Shown here: positions 1 to 21,223 of the stretch, piece by piece
Layout: the number at the start of each line of letters is the position of its first letter
Position numbering within the stretch: the stretch's first letter is position 1
From: Eledone cirrhosa
Lineage: Eukaryota
Assembly (NCBI GenBank): GCA_964016885.1
Contig: CAXHJY010001665.1
Span: 1 to 63,400 of the forward strand
Length of the DNA stretch: 63,400 bases
Reading direction: 5' to 3'
Made by a program: the position numbers and the translations under genes
Notes under the pieces: generated by a model
Told to the model about the DNA's origin: nothing
Databases searched by the model: none
What the model saw: only the letters and a program-made list of their open reading frames with translations

Positions 1-3214
<3,214 letters not shown>

Positions 3215-3862
3215 ATTAAACTTTCATTCTCTACCACCCCTAATATTAGTTCTCATTTAGCTAGATCTAACAATAGGAAAATTAGGGATGGATTCTCCTC
3301 TCTACATACTACTAGTCTGAACAGATCCGGCAATGCATTACCACCAGAACAGTCCTTATCTAATAGCAATCCTACGTGTAATGCATCACCACCCGAGTCA
3401 ACCAATAACACCCGGAAGTGCAATTGTAGTGTGAGTGCTAATTGCCCTTTAAACGGTAACTGCCTTTCTAAGAACATTGTCTATGCTTGCGAAGTTATAA
3501 CTAATTCCTCTAATAGAACTTATATAGGCTCTACATCTAACACTTTTAAGACTAGGTTTAACTCTCATATCTCTAATTTCAAGCATGTTTAGTTTAAGAA
3601 TTCTACTTCTTTAGCACATTATGTCTGGGATCTTAAGATAGCTAATTTACCATATAGCCTTAACTGGCGTTTAGTAGCACGCTCTAACCACCTTTCTACA
3701 CATACTAAGTTTTGTAATCTCTGTATCCTCGAGACACACTCTATAATCTTCTCTAGCGCATCTTTACTTAATAGAAAGTCTGAGATATTCTCTTCTTGCC
3801 CCCATGCTATTTCTAATTCATACTTTTATTATAAACCTAAACGTTCTAGTAGTACAAATTGA
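3215..3862 (+). pseudogene. 5'-truncated PLE ORF (linker, CxC...CPLxGxC, GIY-YIG) of subfamily 1a
   Basis: Paralogous to ~8413-9069; in-frame TAG at 3590-3592 replaces AAG. Confidence 0.9.
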
Positions 3863-5598
3863 ACCCATTAGCTGATATATTCCATTATTTATTTTTTAGT
3901 TTAGGTCCTTTTGTTTGCCAACATTATTATTATCATCATTATTATAATTGGTTTTTGATGACTCCTCATTCTAGATCTCATAATCTTTTGGCTACTGTAC
4001 CATATCTGTCTTCTTACGCATTAAATTTTCACTGTTACACCTTATGAATGTATATAAGATTATATATTTTACGCTATTTATTTTATTTTATTCTTATTTT
4101 TATTTTTATCTTTATTCGGATTCCTCTTTTGAACCCCCCCACCCCCCCCCAATGCGCACATAAACTTATTGTCAACCCCTCCAAATTGACTATGATTATA
4201 TTATATTTAACCCCCCCCCCTCTTTACACTCCTTTCTCTTATGTAATATAGTATATCGACAATATTTTATGCCCCTTTGCATCCTCCATACATTTCTTCA
4301 TTTCTGTCCCTATTAGCCTACCTTAATTCTGCTTAAGTCAGTTTTTTAGATATCGTTATGTATATGATAATAAAAAATGTTCATTCCTTTTTGTAAACAT
4401 TTGGAACGAAATATTAACGTTTATAAACTTTAATGACTTAAACTATAGCCAATATTATACTGCCTTATTGGATAGTTTAAATATTTTTAATATTAATTTA
4501 TCAAATAGGGTTTTCGAGTCATTTACAGGGGTTGTTTCCTTAGCTTTTACTTAACTACTTAACTGCATGTGAGACCTAAATGTATACGTTTGTTTTTGTT
4601 TTTTTAATTTCCGGTTGATTCTATTTATTTATTTTATTCTATATTTTATATTTTATATTTTATTTGTAATACTACTGTGCATTATATTTACTGTCTGGCA
4701 CTTACTCACTCATCCATATACATGTCTGTCTACCAACCTTGTAATTATAAGTAATTATATATTATATTGTATTAATTTATTTTATATAATATGTTATATT
4801 ATATTGTATTTTTTATTGTAATATTGATCCTTATTACTTACCGTTAATTATATGTAACATTATGATATGTTAAACTTTATATACCATGTAAGATGTTTGT
4901 ACTTCTGTACCATCATAATTTTTTTTTTAGGTATTTATTTTTCCTCACCTACTCTGTAACCCAATATGAGTACATTGATAAATGTTAGTATATTGTATAT
5001 TGTAAATGTTATTATTATTATATTATTATTGTGACATCTATTTTGTTTGTGTAAATTAACCGGAGATTATCTATTCTATTATATTGTATTATATAGTATA
5101 TAATTGTATTATTTATTATTATATGTGTTACTTATAATTATATCATATTATTACCTCATGTATATTGGGTAGATGTATTAGTATTATTATTATTATTATT
5201 TTCATTCCTATCATGCTTATTTTTATATTCAAATTCTTAATAAGGTTTAATTTGTGCAGTGGAAGATGGATGTGTGTATTGTTGTATGTGTATGTGTGTG
5301 TACGTGTGCGCACATATATACATATGCATATTGTATCTTTTGATTTTTATTGTAATTTTAATGTTGGTAAAGGTATATTATAGTATGTTATATTGTATTA
5401 TATAAAATTCCACCTTTGTTTAGCTCTAGTTTTTGCTTTGGACTATATTTGTAATATGGTTCTTAATGTTATATACATCCTTAGTAATTATTATCATATA
5501 TTTTTATTATATATTTTTGTAATACTTCAGTGTATGTACACTCCATATTCTTCGGAGCTTCCGGCTTGTATCTGCCGATATTACTTCTTGTTGTTTTA

Positions 5599-5643
5599 AT
5601 TGCCCTGATGAGTCCTTAATAGGACGAAAAATTGTCGGCTAAT
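5599..5643 (+). ncRNA. Minimal type I hammerhead ribozyme (subfamily 1a; stem III C>A change)
   Basis: GCC-CTGATGA-GTCCT taat AGGAC-GAAAA att GTC-GGC, followed by AATAAA. Confidence 0.8.
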
Positions 5644-5648
5644 AAAGA

Positions 5649-5750
5649 TATTTTCACTATTGCCATGCTTATTTTTGATATTTTTGATGTGCAAACTTCC
5701 AATAGGGCTTAATTTCTGTGTAATAGAAAATAGATATGTGTATGGTAATA

Positions 5751-5782
<32 letters not shown>

Positions 5783-6199
5783 CGTATATACATGTATATA
5801 TTGTACCTTTTGATTTTTAATTTGGAATTTTAATGTTGGTATAGATATATTATTATTATAATGTATTATACTGTGTTATATATAATTCCTGCTCTATATA
5901 ACCAAATTTGTTTAGATTTAAGTTGGTGACTTTGGACTATATTTGTAATATGGTTCTTAATGTTATCTACATCCTTAGTTATTATAATTTTATTATTTTT
6001 ATCTTCATTTTTATTATCGTATATCTTTGTAAGACATTAGTATATGTAAACTCCATATTCTTCAGAGTTTCTGGCTTGTATCTGCTGAAATTACCTCTTG
6101 TTGTTTTGATTGCCCTGATGAGTCCTTAATAGGACGAAACATTGTCGGCTAATAAAAACTTTTGATGTATTAAAGGATTCTTTGTTTTACTCTCTTAAT
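5649..6199 (+). repeat. 5' pseudo-LTR of subfamily 1b (direct repeat of 10586-11137)
   Basis: Near-identical ~550 bp direct repeat at an offset of ~4937. Confidence 0.92.
6109..6153 (+). ncRNA. Minimal type I hammerhead ribozyme
   Basis: ATTGCC-CTGATGA-GTCCT taat AGGAC-GAAAC att GTC-GGCtAAT; canonical core and GUC cleavage triplet. Confidence 0.9.
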
Positions 6200-6376
6200 T
6201 TTTCGGCTCTGTTTAACTGCATTGAGCTATACCTTTTACTGTCATTTCTATAATACGAAGAGGGTGTTTGACTCAAACACGCTCCAGTATTCTAATCCTT
6301 GTAACTGCTCCCGATAGGTTGAGCTTACTCACATATATACTGGCATTTTGGCCTCTATATATTTTTATCTGACAGT

Positions 6377-9069
6377 ATGCTGACAAAGAGTTACTTGCCT
6401 TTATCTCTGAAAAATATTCCCACCCCCTCTAAGAATACTTACCAAAAACTACTGATAGCTAGTGTTAACTCCTTTGTAAAAAGGATTAGATGGCGTGCGT
6501 TTCACTACGATAGTAATAAGAATAGGAACGAACCCAGGATTAGAACTAAGTTTAATAGCTACGGCTTCAAAACGTATAAGAGCCCACCACACAACATACT
6601 ATTAGACAGTTTCGAAAGTGACTTACTCTCTCTGGTTAAAAATGTTAGGTTTAGGCGAAATGATAGACATAGAAACAATAGTAATTTTGATAAATCCCAA
6701 TCCAGACTTAAAAATATTGTTACGGGTTTTGGTGAGAATAAGTCCATTCTGGTCCCGGCAGATAAGACTAAGAATCTATACTCCATGGACTATAGTACAT
6801 ACCGCGATTTTATTTATAAAGAGTTATATAGAAACTATAAAAAACTACGCTTGAGAATTTGAACCACATCAATAGTGAGGGCCTTAGAATAGTCTCTGAC
6901 CTCGGACTCGATAAGTATACCCAGCCATATTACCCTCGAGAGCCGAGATTCACACTTAAGGACCATAAGGTTGATTTTATTAGTAACCCCTCAGTTAGAC
7001 TTATCTGTCCTTCTAAGTCGGATATAGCCATTATCAGTAAAAAAATCCTTGACCTTATTATACCAGATGTTAGGGATAAGGTTAATTTTAACTTATGGGG
7101 GAACACTAAGGAAGTTATAGATTGGTTCTCTGGGATTAATAGACTTGAATCTAATAAGTTTATCCAATTCGATATTGATGCCTACTACACATCAATTTCA
7201 CCCATCCTCCTCAATAAAGCCTTAATGTTGGCCATGAGAGTGTCCAGCCTTACACGATCGCAGGTAGATATTATACTAGCAGCCCGTAAAACTATTATTA
7301 AATTTGAGGACACTTTTTGGACCCGTAAAAACACGCCCAATAATTTCGACGTTACAATGGGTTCGAGCGATTCGGCCCAGGTTACTGATCTTGTTGGGTT
7401 GTTCCTCCTTAATGAACTATACGCTACCTTCCCGCACCTTGTAGGCGGACTATATCGTGATGATGCATTGTTTATAATTAACTCTAGCACCAACAATGTA
7501 GAACGTAATAAGAAGAAGCTTTATAAGTTTTTTAATAACTACAACCTTTCAATCATGATAGATAGAAATGATAGAGCGGTTAACTTTTTAGATGTGACTT
7601 TGGACTTGGCCACTAATAGTTTTAAACCCTTCCATAAGCCTAATGAAATTCTTTCTTATGTTAGCCCCAATTCTAACCACCCTAAGTCTATGATAAACTC
7701 TATAATTAATGGCGTTTCTAATAGGATTTCCACACTATCTAAGGACATAGGAACTTTTAATGAACATGCGGAATACTACAATAATGCCCTAGCAAATTCA
7801 GGTCACTCTAGTAAAATAAATTATAATAATAGTAACTTTAGAAAGTCTCCGCTTACTCTTAATAATAATAACATTATATCACATAACATGGCTATGAATG
7901 TGAGTAGCAAACTTAGTAACCGTAGAACTTATATAGGAGTATCTGAACCCACCCATAAGTTATCCCACCGGACTCGTAATAACAAATATAATACCTCTAA
8001 GAGACAAGTCGAGCCCCCTGTGCGCTCACGCATTGGTGTTGGTTTGGCTGGATCTAGTTCTAGTAATGTTTCCCCTACTGATCCTATCATTGGCCTTAAT
8101 CCTCTTGTAGGGATTCTGGACAACAGCGAATCTACTAGAGGTAGAAACTATAATAGGCATAATGATATTATGGCTGATTCTATGAATGTGGCTTCAACTA
8201 TTCCCGATAGTAACCCTAGTCTCGACGGTGGGACTTTTGATAGAGGTAGGGTCGATAAGAATAAAAATAAAAATAGAAGGCGATTGAATACTTATTTCAA
8301 CCCGCCATATAACCAGGATGTATCAACTAATATCCCTAGGTCTTTCTTCACTATCCTGGAGAAAAATTTCCCCCCTTCTCACAAATACCATGGTATTTTT
8401 AATAAAAATGTTATTAAACTATCATTCTCTACCACCCCTAATATTAGTTCTCATTTAGCTAGCACTAATAATAGGAAAATTAGGGATGGATTCTCCTCTC
8501 TATATAATGATAGTCTGAATGAATCGGACAATGCTTTACCACCAGAACAGTCCCTATCTAATAGAGGTCCTACGCGCAATACATCACCACTCGAGTCAAC
8601 CAATAACACCCGGAAGTGCAATTGTAGAGTGAGTGCTAACTGCCCTCTAAACGGTAACTGCCTTTCTAAGAACATTGTCTATGCTTGCGAGGTTATAACT
8701 AATTCCTCTAATAGAACTTATATAGGCTCTACATCTAACACTTTTAAGACTAGGTTTAACTCTCATATCTCTAATTTCAAGCATGTTAAGTTTAAGAATT
8801 CTACTTCTTTAGCACATTATGTCTGGGATCTTAAGATAGCTAATATACCATATAGCCTTAACTGGCGTTTAGTAGCACGATCTAACCACCTTTCTGCACA
8901 TAGTAAGTTTTGTAATCTCTGTATACTTGAGACACACTCTATTATTTTCTCTAGCGTACCCTTACTGAATAGAAAGTCTGAGATATTCTCTTCTTGCCCC
9001 CATGCAATTTCTAATTCTTACTTTTATTATAAACGCAAATGTTCTAGTAGTACAAATCGTACCCATTAG
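6377..9069 (+). pseudogene. Naiad-type PLE polyprotein (RT + GIY-YIG endonuclease) with a single frameshift near 6840
   Basis: SLKNIP, RIRWRA, ADKT, QFDID, MGSSDSAQ, GLYRDD, CNC...CPLNGNC, IVY-YIG and CNLC motifs. ORFs 6377-6862 and 6859-9069 join if one A is added to the A6 run at 6839-6844. Confidence 0.9.
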
Positions 9070-10462
9070 CAGATATATTCCATTACTTAGTTTTTTTGTT
9101 TGGGTCCTTTTGTTTGCCAGCACTATTGTTATCATTGGTTTTTGATGACTCTTCATTCTAGCTCTCATAATCATTTGGCCACTGTACCATATCTATGTCT
9201 TCACTATTACACCTTGTTAGTATACATAAGATTACACACGTTACTATCTTTATATATTCTTTTATTATCATTAACTTTAATTTTAAATTTTAACATCATT
9301 TTTATTTTTATTTTTATTTTTAATTCTATTTTTAATTCTATTTTTATTTCTAAGTCTATTCTGATTTATCTATCACCCCCCCCCCCCCCCCCCATGCACG
9401 CATAAACTTATTGTCAACCCCTCTAGATTGAATATGATTATATTAAACCCCCCCCTCTTTTATGCTCTGTTCTATTATTTATTATAGTTTATCGAATATA
9501 TTTTATGCCACTACGCACCCTCCATATATTTTGTCAATTCTGTCCCCATTAGCCTACCTTAACTCTACTTAAGTCAGTTTTTTAGATATCGTTGCGTATA
9601 TGATAGTGTAATTTTATTCCTTTTCGTAAACATTTGTAACGATACATTAAAGTTTATATACTTTAATGACTTAGACTATAGCTAATTTTATACTACCTTA
9701 TTGGATGGGTTTGATATTTTTAATATTAATTTATCAGATAGGATTTAGAGTCATTTAAAATGATCGCTTTCCTTGGTGTTTACCAAATTTCTTAATGCAC
9801 GCGAGGCCTAAGTGTGTATACATTTGCTTTGTTTTGTAATTTCCGGTTGATTGTATTTATTTGTTTTATCCTATATTCTATTTACTATTCACTGTCTTGC
9901 TTCGTTCACTCATCCACACATGTCTGTCTACTAACCTTGAAATTATAAGTATTTATTTACATATTTTATGCCAATTTTTAAAATATATTACATTATGATA
10001 TAGATCCTTATTGCTTACCGTTTATTATATATAACATTGAGATAGTTAAACTTTATATATCATATAAGATGTCTGGATTTTTTAATTTTTTAATATTTTA
10101 ATATTGTAATATGTAACATTATAGTATTTAGACTTTACATGTCATGTTAAATGTCTGTATATTTTTCTGTAACAACATTTTTCTGTAACATCATAATTGT
10201 TCCCTGTACCAATATAGTTTTTTTGAGTATTATTGTATTATATTATATGATTGATATTTCCTCATTTATTATGTAACCCAGTATGAATCATGTTGTACAT
10301 ATTGTTTATGCTAATTGTTAATATAATGTTAACAATTTATCATTGTATTTCACTGTGACATCTATATTGTTTCTGTAAATTAACCGGGGATTATTATATA
10401 TTCTACTTTATTATATTGTATTGTATTATATAATTTTGTTGTTTATTATTTATTATAAATGT

Positions 10463-10511
10463 ACCAGTAATGCACTGGGTAATTGCTGGCCTTGTGCCTA
10501 AAGTAGAAACA
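10463..10511 (+). mobile_element. Truncated SINE-like 3' fragment with an 18-bp TSD inside the PLE 3' UTR
   Basis: ATTATTTATTATAAATGT at 10445-10462 and 10512-10529; the insert is absent from the paralogous 1a UTR (~5110-5135). Confidence 0.75.
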
Positions 10512-10585
10512 ATTATTTATTATAAATGTTTCTTGTAATTATATCATATTATTGCCTCATGTATATTGGGTAGATGTATTAGCAT

Positions 10586-11275
<690 letters not shown>

Positions 11276-11495
11276 CGTTTCTGAATTTGTTTAGCAAGAT
11301 TCTTTATCTGAAATCGTGTGTTGAAACCGATATTGTTATACTTTGGGAGGGTCATGTTGCCAATAAGAAACACACACACCAGTTGCTTTCACTTCAATTT
11401 ATTATATATTTATAAATTTATAAATTTACAAATCTACAAACTTATAAATTTCTGGTTGGTTGGTTGGTTCCACAACCAGATAGTTGTTTATATAT

Positions 11496-11540
11496 AGTCA
11501 TAGTCCTTTCGTCACACACTCTGTGACCTCTTCAGTGACT
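11496..11540 (-). ncRNA. Minimal hammerhead ribozyme
   Basis: Minus strand reads AGTCA-CTGAAGA-gGTCACA gagtg TGTGAC-GAAAG ga CTA-TGACT. Confidence 0.82.
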
Positions 11541-11738
11541 GGGGATTCCTTTCTTTGTTTCTGTGCCTTTCCTTTCTTCTGTCCTACGCCATTTTGTTTC
11601 TGTGTGTGTGTTGTGTGCTCAGTTTGCGCATGCGCCACATCCAGGTGTTTGTGTTCATTTATCTATTTGTTTATTTATTTATTTATTTATTGTTGGTTGG
11701 TTGTTTGTTCTATGTGTGTGAGTGTTTTCATTTTGTCC

Positions 11739-12432
11739 TTAATTGTAAGTTGTGATGTTGCTGTTCCACTCATATTTTCTATTTAATTTTGGTTGTAATT
11801 CTTTTATGCTTACTGCCTCTGTAATTTGCCTAAACATTGCATCTTTTCTGTGTGTGGATTCTATTTTTATTTCTGTTCTCTAATTTACCCCTGTGTTCTA
11901 TCTTAGCATGTTGGTAGAGCACAGATGATTCTTTATTATCTTGAAGGTCTCGCCAGTGTTCATTTATTCGTCACCCTATACTACGAGCTGTCTCACCTAT
12001 GTACACTATATTTTTGTTTCTACATTGTCCTTCAGTACATCTTATGCTATACACTACATTTCTAGTTTTACAGTTAATATGGGGGCTTATTTTACAGGTT
12101 ATACATTTCTTATCTATACATGAGTGTCTTTGGAACGGGTATGTCTTGCTAATAAGTGTTTTTACGGAGGTACCTGGTCTTTCTACTATCTTAATATTGA
12201 GTTTATGTTTATTTAGGGCCCTTCTAAATTTGTTGGCTAGTTCGCCTCTAGGGGTTGTATTGATGAACATTACACTCTGGTATTTATTGCTATCATACCA
12301 TGAGTTTATTCTATTGGCCTTGTTCCTAGTTCTTTCTATTCTATTCCAAAATTTGGTCCTATACAAGGGGCAGGTCCCATTTATGTCATTATTTACCATT
12401 TTTTCCCATTTGGTTCTGGCTCCTCTATACAT
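11739..12432 (-). pseudogene. PLE ORF C-terminus: RT thumb/linker, CxxxxCxxC finger and GIY-YIG (frameshifted)
   Basis: CIDKKCITC...CKTRNVVY...YIGETARS; continues out of frame to RQITEAV...LNRKYEW with a stop at 11739. Confidence 0.85.
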
Positions 12433-12433
12433 C

Positions 12434-12478
12434 AGTCACTGAAGAGGTCACAGAGTGTGTGACGAAAGAACTATCACT
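12434..12478 (+). ncRNA. Hammerhead ribozyme copy in the inverted pLTR (stem I mismatch)
   Basis: AGTCA-CTGAAGA-...-GAAAG aa CTA-TCACT. Confidence 0.7.
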
Positions 12479-12636
12479 ATATATAAACAACTATCTGGTT
12501 GTGGAAGCAACCAACCAACCAGAAATTTATAAGCTTGTAGATTTGTAAATTTATAAGTTTATAAATATATAATAAATTGAAGTGAAAGCAACTGGTGCGT
12601 GTGTTTCTTATTGGCAACAGGACACTCCCAAAGTAT

Positions 12637-12733
<97 letters not shown>

Positions 12734-12930
12734 TATATATATACAGAGCATATGATGTTATTCCAAATTGAAGGATAAGTGTTTCAAACTTTATTTTATC
12801 ATGAGTTAAAGGTCTATAGATTTTCCCTGGATTTTACTAAATTCTGTGGATGAATTTATATCCTGATTCTCTTTTGAGATGAGTTTGAGTTATTTTTCCT
12901 AAATCTTTCGTTAACTACTTTTCCTAACTA

Positions 12931-15075
<2,145 letters not shown>

Positions 15076-15580
15076 GAAATATAAGAATCAAAGAACTGTT
15101 GAAAACATTATTGTGCTTACAGCTGTTTCCTCCAAACCGAGGTTTGGATTCTTCGGAGCAATTTATTAATGCATGGACAGTTATATGACCTCCTTTTCAG
15201 CCGAGAGACATACCAATACATATTCAAACATTGATACATATTCAAACATTGTGGGTCAACATTCATTACAGAATTTAGAGTGGCAGTACACACTTCGAGA
15301 TTACATTTATATTAATAGGTACAATCAAAAATCAAAGATATAGGTTAAAGTACAACATGAAGATAAGTGGTTATATAGTGCAAATGTTATATGTGTGGCA
15401 CGCATGTGCGTCTTGTTTATATAGTGTGGCAGAGAGATATGTGTGGTAGAGGCACTTAGGTAGGTAAATAAGAGTGTTAGGTTGGTAGATCTGGTGGCAA
15501 AGTCTTTATATGATTGATATAGTCTGTGTGTGGAGAAATATTATAAGCATTAAAGATAGTGCAATCATTAAAAGTGTTAT

Positions 15581-15721
15581 AAATTCTGTAACCTCTGTAT
15601 ACTAGAGACACACAATATTATCTTCTCCAACCGTAACCTACTTAACAAAAAATCTGAGGTGTTTGCAACTTGCCAGCACCGCCTCAGACATTCCTTCCAA
15701 AACTTTAAGCACTATATATAG
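15581..15721 (+). pseudogene. C-terminal remnant of a Naiad GIY-YIG domain
   Basis: KFCNLCILETHNIIFSNRNLLNKKSEVFATCQHR...*, homologous to the end of the 6859-9069 ORF. Confidence 0.88.
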
Positions 15722-17164
15722 CAATGTCGGACTGGAACCTAACACCACATCTAGCATCAAACACCAGAGACACACCTATACTACATACCCAACACTAGCT
15801 GATCCATTATAACACAAACAACGACATCCCTCTGGAACCCTTCGCAGGGAAAATACCCATTTATACCTCTACGGCAGGTGTGACAACATCCACCCACTTG
15901 GACGACACTACACCGCTCTAAGGGTAATTTGAGCATGAATTGAGCGGTTGGATGGTGTTGGGCAGAGGAAACACCTTCCTTAGACAGATGTAAAATGATT
16001 TAATCGAGTAGCGCTGTTGACCAGTAGGACCGGGCTGCTGAGCGCAGTGAGTGAATGCAATGCAACTGCCGTGCGGGTTGTACGTATATGGATGATCTGA
16101 CGGTCAGAGAGGGGTCGCGAGGACTGCGGATTGACCTTTGGCCTGCCTGGGGACGATTATCTTTCGACATCCAATGTAGCAAGCGATGACCCAGATCTTA
16201 CCAGAGATCATTGGGTCCTGAAGCAATCCTGCAATCACCGCGCCTGGTCATATGAGCAGACTACAAACCACAGAGATCATTAATTTAGAATCCTCGCTCA
16301 TCATCTATAATTTCCATTTGTAGCACCTTAAGATGGGTTAATCCACCTTAATAATAATATGATCACCTTCAGCATAATTTAGTTAAACTACTCTATAGTT
16401 AGTACACTTTATGCTTTAAAAGTCTCTCTTGGAAGGTGCACCTCACCATAGAATTTAGGGTCTATATTGGGACACATTTTAATGGCTAGATATAGAAACC
16501 CCAGAGTTACCTCCCCGCATGCATTAACTCCCCTTAGCCACACACACACTTCCGGTATTCAATGGCGTTTCTCGAAACGTAACAACCTCCTGTATCGAAC
16601 TAAAGAACACCAGACTACGATCTCTAACTGGATTGTCGTGGATTATGTGAAAGGCATATAATCGAAATATACACTCCCTTGACCATGAAAATGCCGAAGT
16701 ACATGAATTACTTGACATCCCTGCGCTGTGCATCTCCAATACTTATAACACTTTTAATGCTTGCACTATCTTTAATGCTTATAATATTTCTCCACACACA
16801 GACTATATCAATCATATAAAGACTTTGCCACCAGATCTACCAACCTAACACTCTTATTTACCTACCTAAGTGCCTCTACCACACATATCTCTCTGCCACA
16901 CTATATAAACAAGACGCACATGCGTGCCACACATATAACATTTGCACTATATAACCACTTATCTTCATGTTGTACTTTAACCTATATCTTTGATTTTTGA
17001 TTGTACCTATTAATATAAATGTAATCTCGAAGTGTGTACTGCCACTCTAAATTCTGTAATGAATGTTGACCCACAATGTTTGAATATGTATCAATGTTTG
17101 AATATGTATTGGTATGTCTCTCGGCTGAAAAGGAGGTCATATAACTGTCCATGCATTAATAAAT

Positions 17165-17211
17165 TGCTCCGAAGAATCCAAACCTCGGTTTGGAGGAAAC
17201 AGCTGTAAGCA
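17165..17211 (+). ncRNA. Variant hammerhead ribozyme with CCGAAGA core; reverse copy at ~15114-15160
   Basis: TGCT-CCGAAGA-aTCCAAACC tc GGTTTGGAg-GAAAC agct GTA-AGCA. Confidence 0.72.
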
Positions 17212-17420
17212 CAATAATGTTTTGAACAGTTCTTTGATTCTTATATTTCATATAACTGCTCTGTAAATCATCTGATGTTTTTTACATTGAGCTACTTAAC
17301 TTACTGGTAATAAGGTAGTAATACATTACTGCCTACCACTATTTAGGGTGTGTGTAAAATACTTACAACTGCTTAAGGTTTTGTGTTTACATAACCATAA
17401 ATAGTATAACTAATACTATA

Positions 17421-19432
<2,012 letters not shown>

Positions 19433-19622
19433 TATGTAGATAAATCTACCAAGAGTTTACGGTAGTGTCCAATCCGTATGAAGAACTCAATGTATTCCGG
19501 ATATCATGGAAAGAAGAGATGCGATGAAAATCCACTTTCGGTGAAAGACAAACGGTATACAGAGTCAAGATAAAATATTAAACAAATAATGAATAAACAA
19601 TTCCTTATATTAAACAAAAAAA

Positions 19623-19777
19623 TTCATTATTTAACGATCGTTTCTAGGGTATATATGTGTTATAATTGGTATGCATATTCAACAGATCTATGTACAAAAT
19701 TATACAAAATTATACAAATTATCAAGATTAAATATACATACCTAACACATATATACGCCGTCTTCAGAAATAATGAA
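19623..19777 (-). ncRNA. Hammerhead ribozyme with extended stem II
   Basis: Reverse complement of 31610-31764. Confidence 0.75.
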
Positions 19778-20603
19778 GTATATTTATTGATAATAACAAC
19801 AATTCAAAATATCAGTTCAAAATTGACCAATGAAAACACAAAGGGTTAAAAGCAGTTCGGTGTGTGTATATACATGTAAAATCCTTACACATATTTTACA
19901 AAAATGTGTGTATAATTTGTATACGCATACTAAAAAGATGGATGCAAACACAAAATTTCAAGGTTAATATCTCTGTAAGCTTTATGCGCTGATAAGATGC
20001 ACATTGATACTTATGGAGTCAAGCATATAAATATATTTTTTCATACTCACACATATCAGTATAATCACACATACATGCGCGTATATGCATAAATATACAC
20101 ATAACCACGAACATACAAACACACACACTCCCCCACTCACATTTATATATGTGGATATAAAATCATAAGCACATAGAAATTAAATCACTCACATAAAACA
20201 CTGGCACACACATTTCAAGATCAAGATACAGAAATTAGGTGGGAGGGGGGGGAGGGGTCAGTATTCAATTGTCTGAGCAGACTGCCTAATATAAATGTAT
20301 CTATAAATTAAGAAAAATAAAAAAATAAAACAATAAAATATAATAACTATAATATAATATATATACACACATACAGATATATAAACACACATACATACAT
20401 GTACGCACACATAGAGATATTTACGCATACACACATACACACATACATATACAGTCATACACACACATACACTTACACGAACATACACATACACATATAA
20501 AAAGATATATATATACACACACACACACGCGCAACACATACACACATACACATATATATAAAAAAAATAGATAATAAAGATATATATCCACATATATATA
20601 CAT

Positions 20604-20648
<45 letters not shown>

Positions 20649-20747
20649 TATACATACATATACATATACATACACATACATCTAAATATACATACACATA
20701 CATACACACATACATGTACATACATGTACATACATATACGCACATCG

Positions 20748-20789
<42 letters not shown>

Positions 20790-21125
20790 TCACATAGACA
20801 TATAGATACATACACACACAACTTACATACACACGTATATATATATATATATATAGATGTACCTTCATACACAGAATTAGATATATAATCATACATACAT
20901 ATGCACCTACTTATACTCATATATATAAATACATACGCTTCCATAAATGTGTATATACATAAAAAACAATACAACCTCACCAAACTCAGACATACAAATA
21001 AAGATAATAATAAAAAATAATAAAAAAGCATATGTATATACATACACACACGCATTAATAGAGATATATATATATATATATATACACATACACACACACA
21101 TATATATACATACACACACATATAT

Positions 21126-21180
<55 letters not shown>

Positions 21181-21186
21181 TAGACT

Positions 21187-21223
<37 letters not shown>

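Noticed and set aside
6318-6375. Possible leader intron (AG|GTTGAG...TTTTTATCTGACAG|TATG)
   Set aside because: PLE leader introns are known, but the donor is weak and I see no counterpart in the 813-aa family; needs RNA data.
6839-6845. Programmed -1 ribosomal frameshift
   Set aside because: The slippery heptamer is not in the required frame and the homologous family is continuous here.
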